32,000 bases of DNA from Ectothiorhodospiraceae bacterium (lineage in GTDB: Bacteria; Pseudomonadota; Gammaproteobacteria; Nitrococcales; AK92): NCBI GenBank assembly GCA_029268285.1, contig JAJUGG010000003.1, positions 9,976-41,975 of the forward strand. The letters are read 5' to 3'. Within the stretch, counting starts at the first letter, position 1; each line of letters starts with the position of its first letter. Of this stretch, positions 28,332 through 32,000 are shown piece by piece. The position numbers were made by a program, and so were the translations under genes. Below the pieces are notes generated by a model. It was not told where the DNA came from. It was given only the letters and a program-made list of their open reading frames with translations, and ran no database searches.

Positions 28332-28349
28332 TGACTTTGGGGGGTGACA

Positions 28350-29738
28350 ATGGCCGAAGCACAAGCCTTACCGTCCGCGACCGATGCTCTGAAGGTTCCG
28401 CCGCATTCGCTGGAGGCGGAGCAAGCGGTTCTCGGCGGTCTCATGCTCGACAACAGCGCCTGGGATCGGGTCGCCGGGCGAATTACCGAAGAAGATTTCT
28501 ATCGGCGCGATCATCGTCTGATCTTTCGCGCCATCACCACGCTTGCGGACAGCTCACAGCCGCTGGACGTGGTCACGCTCTCCGAGTGGCTGCGCAGCAA
28601 CGAGTTGCTGGAAGACGCGGGCGGGCTTGCCTACCTTGGCGCGATCGCGCGCGATACGCCGAGTGCCGCCAACATCGAAGCCTATGCCGACATCGTGCGC
28701 GAGCGCTCGGTGTTGCGACATCTCATCCAAGCCGGCACCGAAATCGTCTCCGCCTCATTTCAGCCTGAAGGGCGCAATAGCGCCGAGCTACTCGATTTTG
28801 CCGAGTCGCGCATCTTCCAAATCGCCGAGCAGACCGGCAAGCACAAGAAAGGCTTCGTCAACGTGAAGCAGGTGCTGCCGATGGTGGTCGACCGCATCGA
28901 CCAGCTGTTCCAGCAGGAAAGCGCGATTACTGGCTTGGCGACAGGCTTTACCGACTTTGACCACAAAACCTCCGGTCTCCAGGACGGTGATCTCGTCATC
29001 GTTGCCGGGCGGCCCTCCATGGGTAAGACCACCTTTGCCATGAACATCGCCGAGAACGCCGCCATGAGCGGAAAGACGGTGGCGGTGTTCAGTATGGAAA
29101 TGCCGGCCGATGCGCTCGTCATGCGTATGCTGTCGTCGCTTGGTCGCATCGAACTGCAGAAGATCCGTACCGGCAGGCTTGAGGACGATGACTGGCCGCG
29201 CCTCACCGGCACGATGAACCTGATGTCCGAGGCTAAGCTGTTCATCGACGATACGCCGGCACTGAACCCGACCGACATGCGCGCCCGCGCGCGGCGCTTG
29301 AAGCGCGAACACGGTCTCGGCCTCATCGTCATCGACTACCTCCAGCTGATGCAGGTGCAGGGCGGCGGTAAGGAAAACCGCGCCGCGGAGATTTCCGAGA
29401 TCTCGCGCTCTCTCAAAGGCATGGCTAAGGAGCTGGAGGTGCCGGTCATTGCCTTGTCGCAGCTAAACCGCTCCTTGGAGCAGCGGCCCAACAAGCGCCC
29501 GGTGATGTCCGACTTGCGCGAGTCGGGCGCCATTGAGCAGGACGCGGACGTGATTACCTTCATCTACCGCGACGAGGTCTACCACGACGACAGTCCGGAC
29601 AAGGGTACCGCGGAGATTATTATCGGTAAGCAGCGTAACGGACCGATCGGCACCGTGAGGCTGACCTTCCTCGGCCAGTACACGCGCTTCGAGAACTTTA
29701 TTCAGGACGTCTATCAAGGCGGCGAGGCCTACGAATGA
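28350..29738 (+). CDS. dnaB: Replicative DNA helicase
   Basis: PPHSLEAEQAVLGGLMLD...DLVIVAGRPSMGKTTFAMNIAENAA...LIVIDYLQLMQ...SQLNRSLEQRPNKRPVMSDLRESGAIEQDADVI; uninterrupted, no intein. Confidence 0.98.
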   Translation: MAEAQALPSATDALKVPPHSLEAEQAVLGGLMLDNSAWDRVAGRITEEDFYRRDHRLIFRAITTLADSSQPLDVVTLSEWLRSNELLEDAGGLAYLGAIARDTPSAANIEAYADIVRERSVLRHLIQAGTEIVSASFQPEGRNSAELLDFAESRIFQIAEQTGKHKKGFVNVKQVLPMVVDRIDQLFQQESAITGLATGFTDFDHKTSGLQDGDLVIVAGRPSMGKTTFAMNIAENAAMSGKTVAVFSMEMPADALVMRMLSSLGRIELQKIRTGRLEDDDWPRLTGTMNLMSEAKLFIDDTPALNPTDMRARARRLKREHGLGLIVIDYLQLMQVQGGGKENRAAEISEISRSLKGMAKELEVPVIALSQLNRSLEQRPNKRPVMSDLRESGAIEQDADVITFIYRDEVYHDDSPDKGTAEIIIGKQRNGPIGTVRLTFLGQYTRFENFIQDVYQGGEAYE

Positions 29739-30829
29739 GCCGGTTCACGCGGGCTCGTATTCATCTCGACGCGCTACGCCATAATCTGGCGGTCGCGCGG
29801 TCCCATGTCGGGGAGGCAAAAGTGGCCGCCGTCATTAAAGCCGGCGGCTATGGCCACGGCGCAGTTGCAGTAGCCGGCGCTTTGGCGGGCGCGGACGCCT
29901 TTGCGGTGACTTCGGTGGACGAAGCCGAGGTCCTGCGTCAGGCCGGCTTTCATCAGCGCATCCTTGTCCTCGACGGGCTGTTTGAAGCCGACGAGTTGGA
30001 GCTGGCGGCGGCTCGCGGCCTTGATCTGGTGGTGCACTCCGATTGGCAGCTCGACTTGATCGAGCGCTTTACTACCGAAACGCCGCTGCGTTGCTGGCTC
30101 AAGGTCGATTCCGGCATGCACAGGCTGGGCTACGCGCCGGAGCGGGTCAAAATGGCCTACGCCCGCCTTGCCAACAGCGCCTCCGTGGAGGGGCCAGTCA
30201 ACCTTATGACGCACTTCGCCTGTGCCGACGATCGTCGTAGCGACTATACCCGCAGCCAGTTGCAGGTCTTCAATGCCGTCTGCGAGGAGCTGCCCGGCGA
30301 GCGTTCGGCAGCGAACTCCGCCGGCGTGCTCGCATGGCCCGAGAGTCATTACGAGTGGGTGCGGCCCGGAGTGATGCTGTACGGCGCCTCGCCGTTTGCC
30401 GATGGGCTCCCCGGGCGCCCGGCACTGGAGCCGGCGATGACCCTGGAAAGCCGGCTGATCGCGATACAGCACTTTCGTCGCGGCGATCGCGTTGGCTATG
30501 CAGGCACCTTCACCTGCCCGGAAGATATGCCGGTCGGGGTGGTGGCGATTGGATACGGCGACGGTTATCCGCGCCACGCGCCCAGCGGGACGCCGGTGCT
30601 CGTCGACGGCCGCCGCACGGCGCTGGTCGGGCGCGTCTCCATGGACTTGATCTGCATCGATCTGCGAGACCTGCCGGATGTGCGCATCAACGCGCCGGTG
30701 ACCTTATGGGGGCAGGGGCTGCCCATAGAGGAGATCGCCGAGTACTGCGGTACCATCAGTTACGAGCTCATGTGCAAGCTCACCTCCAGGGTGCGCTTCG
30801 ACTACGAAGGCGGACATGGCGAAGGTTAA
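29735..30829 (+). CDS. alr: Alanine racemase
   Basis: VAAVIKAGGYGHGAVAVA...VGYAGTF...AIGYGDGYPRHAPSGTPVLVDGRRTALVGRVSMDLICIDL; 364 aa. Confidence 0.95.
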   Translation: MSRFTRARIHLDALRHNLAVARSHVGEAKVAAVIKAGGYGHGAVAVAGALAGADAFAVTSVDEAEVLRQAGFHQRILVLDGLFEADELELAAARGLDLVVHSDWQLDLIERFTTETPLRCWLKVDSGMHRLGYAPERVKMAYARLANSASVEGPVNLMTHFACADDRRSDYTRSQLQVFNAVCEELPGERSAANSAGVLAWPESHYEWVRPGVMLYGASPFADGLPGRPALEPAMTLESRLIAIQHFRRGDRVGYAGTFTCPEDMPVGVVAIGYGDGYPRHAPSGTPVLVDGRRTALVGRVSMDLICIDLRDLPDVRINAPVTLWGQGLPIEEIAEYCGTISYELMCKLTSRVRFDYEGGHGEG

Positions 30830-32000
30830 GACGGCATACGCCTGCAACGAATGCGGCGCGATGAGCCCGAAGTGGGCGGGGCAGTGCCCGGATTGCGGGG
30901 CATGGAATAGTCTCGAGGAGACGGTGCAGGCGCCGCCCGCGAGCGGCCCCCGCGCGGTCCGCGGCCAGTACGCCGGCGATCGCGGCGCGCAGACTCTGGC
31001 CGAGGTGCCGCGCGACACCGAGACGCGCTTTACCACCAATATCGGCGAGCTCGATCGTGTGCTAGGCGGCGGCATGGTGCGGGGCGGGGTGATCCTGCTC
31101 GGCGGCGACCCCGGTATCGGCAAGTCCACCTTGCTGTTGCAGACCCTGGCCGAGCTGCCGCAGGAACTCAAGGCGCTCTACGTTACGGGTGAGGAGTCGC
31201 TGCGCCAGGTCGCGCTGCGTGCTTCACGGCTGGGCGTGCAGGGCGACCGGCTCAAAGTGTTGGCCGAGACTTCGGCGGAGGCCATCGTCGAGGTGGCGCG
31301 GCGCGAGTCGCCCGACGTGGTGGTCATTGACTCGATCCAGACCATGCATGCCGAACACCTGCAATCCGCTCCTGGCTCGGTCGCGCAGGTGCGTGAGAGC
31401 GCGGCGTTTCTCGTGCGCTATGCCAAGCAGACCGGCACTGCGCTGTTTCTCGTCGGGCACGTCACCAAGGAGGGTCAGCTGGCCGGCCCGCGCGTGCTCG
31501 AGCACATGGTCGATACCGTGCTTTACTTCGAAAGCGAGAGTGGCAGTCGCTATCGCTTGCTGCGCGCGGTCAAGAACCGCTTCGGTGCCGCCAACGAACT
31601 CGGCGTTTTCGCTATGTCCGATGCCGGGCTCAAAGAGGTCGCCAACCCGTCCGCCATTTTCCTGTCTCGTCACGACGGCGATGTTACCGGAAGCGTCATC
31701 ACCGTCACTCGAGAGGGCAGCCGGCCTTTGTTGGTCGAGGTGCAGGCGTTGGTGGCGGATAGTTCCCTCGGTAACCCGAGGCGCGTCGCGCTCGGGCTGG
31801 AGGCGAACCGTCTATCCATGTTGCTGGCGGTGCTGCAGCGTCATGGCGGCATTTCAACCTTTGGGCAAGACGTCTTTCTCAACGTCGTCGGCGGCGTGCG
31901 CCTGTCGGAAACGGCCAGCGACTTGCCGGCCCTGATGGCCGCCTTGTCGAGCCTGCGAGACCGGCCTGTGCCGGCGGATTGGGTGGTTTTTGGCGAAATC
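30816..32000 (+). CDS. radA: DNA repair protein RadA (3' end beyond window)
   Basis: Manual translation from ATG 30816: MAKVKTAYACNECGAMSPKWAGQCPDCGAWNSLEE...GGDPGIGKSTLLLQ...LLRAVKNRFGAANELGVFAM; not in the ORF track because no stop lies within the window. Confidence 0.95.
   Translation, partial: MAKVKTAYACNECGAMSPKWAGQCPDCGAWNSLEETVQAPPASGPRAVRGQYAGDRGAQTLAEVPRDTETRFTTNIGELDRVLGGGMVRGGVILLGGDPGIGKSTLLLQTLAELPQELKALYVTGEESLRQVALRASRLGVQGDRLKVLAETSAEAIVEVARRESPDVVVIDSIQTMHAEHLQSAPGSVAQVRESAAFLVRYAKQTGTALFLVGHVTKEGQLAGPRVLEHMVDTVLYFESESGSRYRLLRAVKNRFGAANELGVFAMSDAGLKEVANPSAIFLSRHDGDVTGSVITVTREGSRPLLVEVQALVADSSLGNPRRVALGLEANRLSMLLAVLQRHGGISTFGQDVFLNVVGGVRLSETASDLPALMAALSSLRDRPVPADWVVFGEI

Noticed and set aside
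28344-29738. Possible intein or insertion in dnaB
   Set aside because: The sequence is collinear with normal DnaB through Walker A, the RecA-like core and the C-terminus.
31189-31935. 248-aa plus-strand ORF near the right edge
   Set aside because: It is out of frame inside radA. The true radA frame (30816 onward) is open to the window end and carries all RadA motifs, though it is missing from the ORF track.

Overview
This 32 kb window is a dense, high-GC block of conserved housekeeping genes from what looks like a gammaproteobacterium, based on family recognition and synteny. The order is: lptG 3' end / RDD-family protein and tRNA-Glu(CUC) (minus) / pcnB-folK-deoxynucleoside kinase-panB-panC-panD / pgi / queG (minus) / nnr-tsaE-amidase-mutL-miaA-hfq-hflX-hflK-hflC-DUF2065-hisZ-purA / tRNA-Leu(CAG) (minus) / rnr-rlmB-rpsF-priB-rpsR-DUF2232-rplI-dnaB-alr-radA (runs off the right edge). 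I see no CRISPR array, transposase, phage gene, toxin-antitoxin pair or defence cassette. I do not think the coding content holds an undescribed system. The observations worth a second look are in the gaps and in a few active sites: (i) a 3-way-junction-like fold plus an (ARN)3 A-rich loop in the miaA-hfq gap, (ii) a promoter followed by three tandem hairpins ahead of rpsF, (iii) a long imperfect 22-bp inverted repeat starting at the amidase stop codon, ahead of mutL, (iv) a glucose-6-phosphate isomerase whose canonical Glu and His active-site positions read Gln and Thr, and (v) an alanine racemase with KAGGYGHG in place of the usual KA[DN][GA]YGHG. All folds were found by eye. No folding, homology or covariation software was run.
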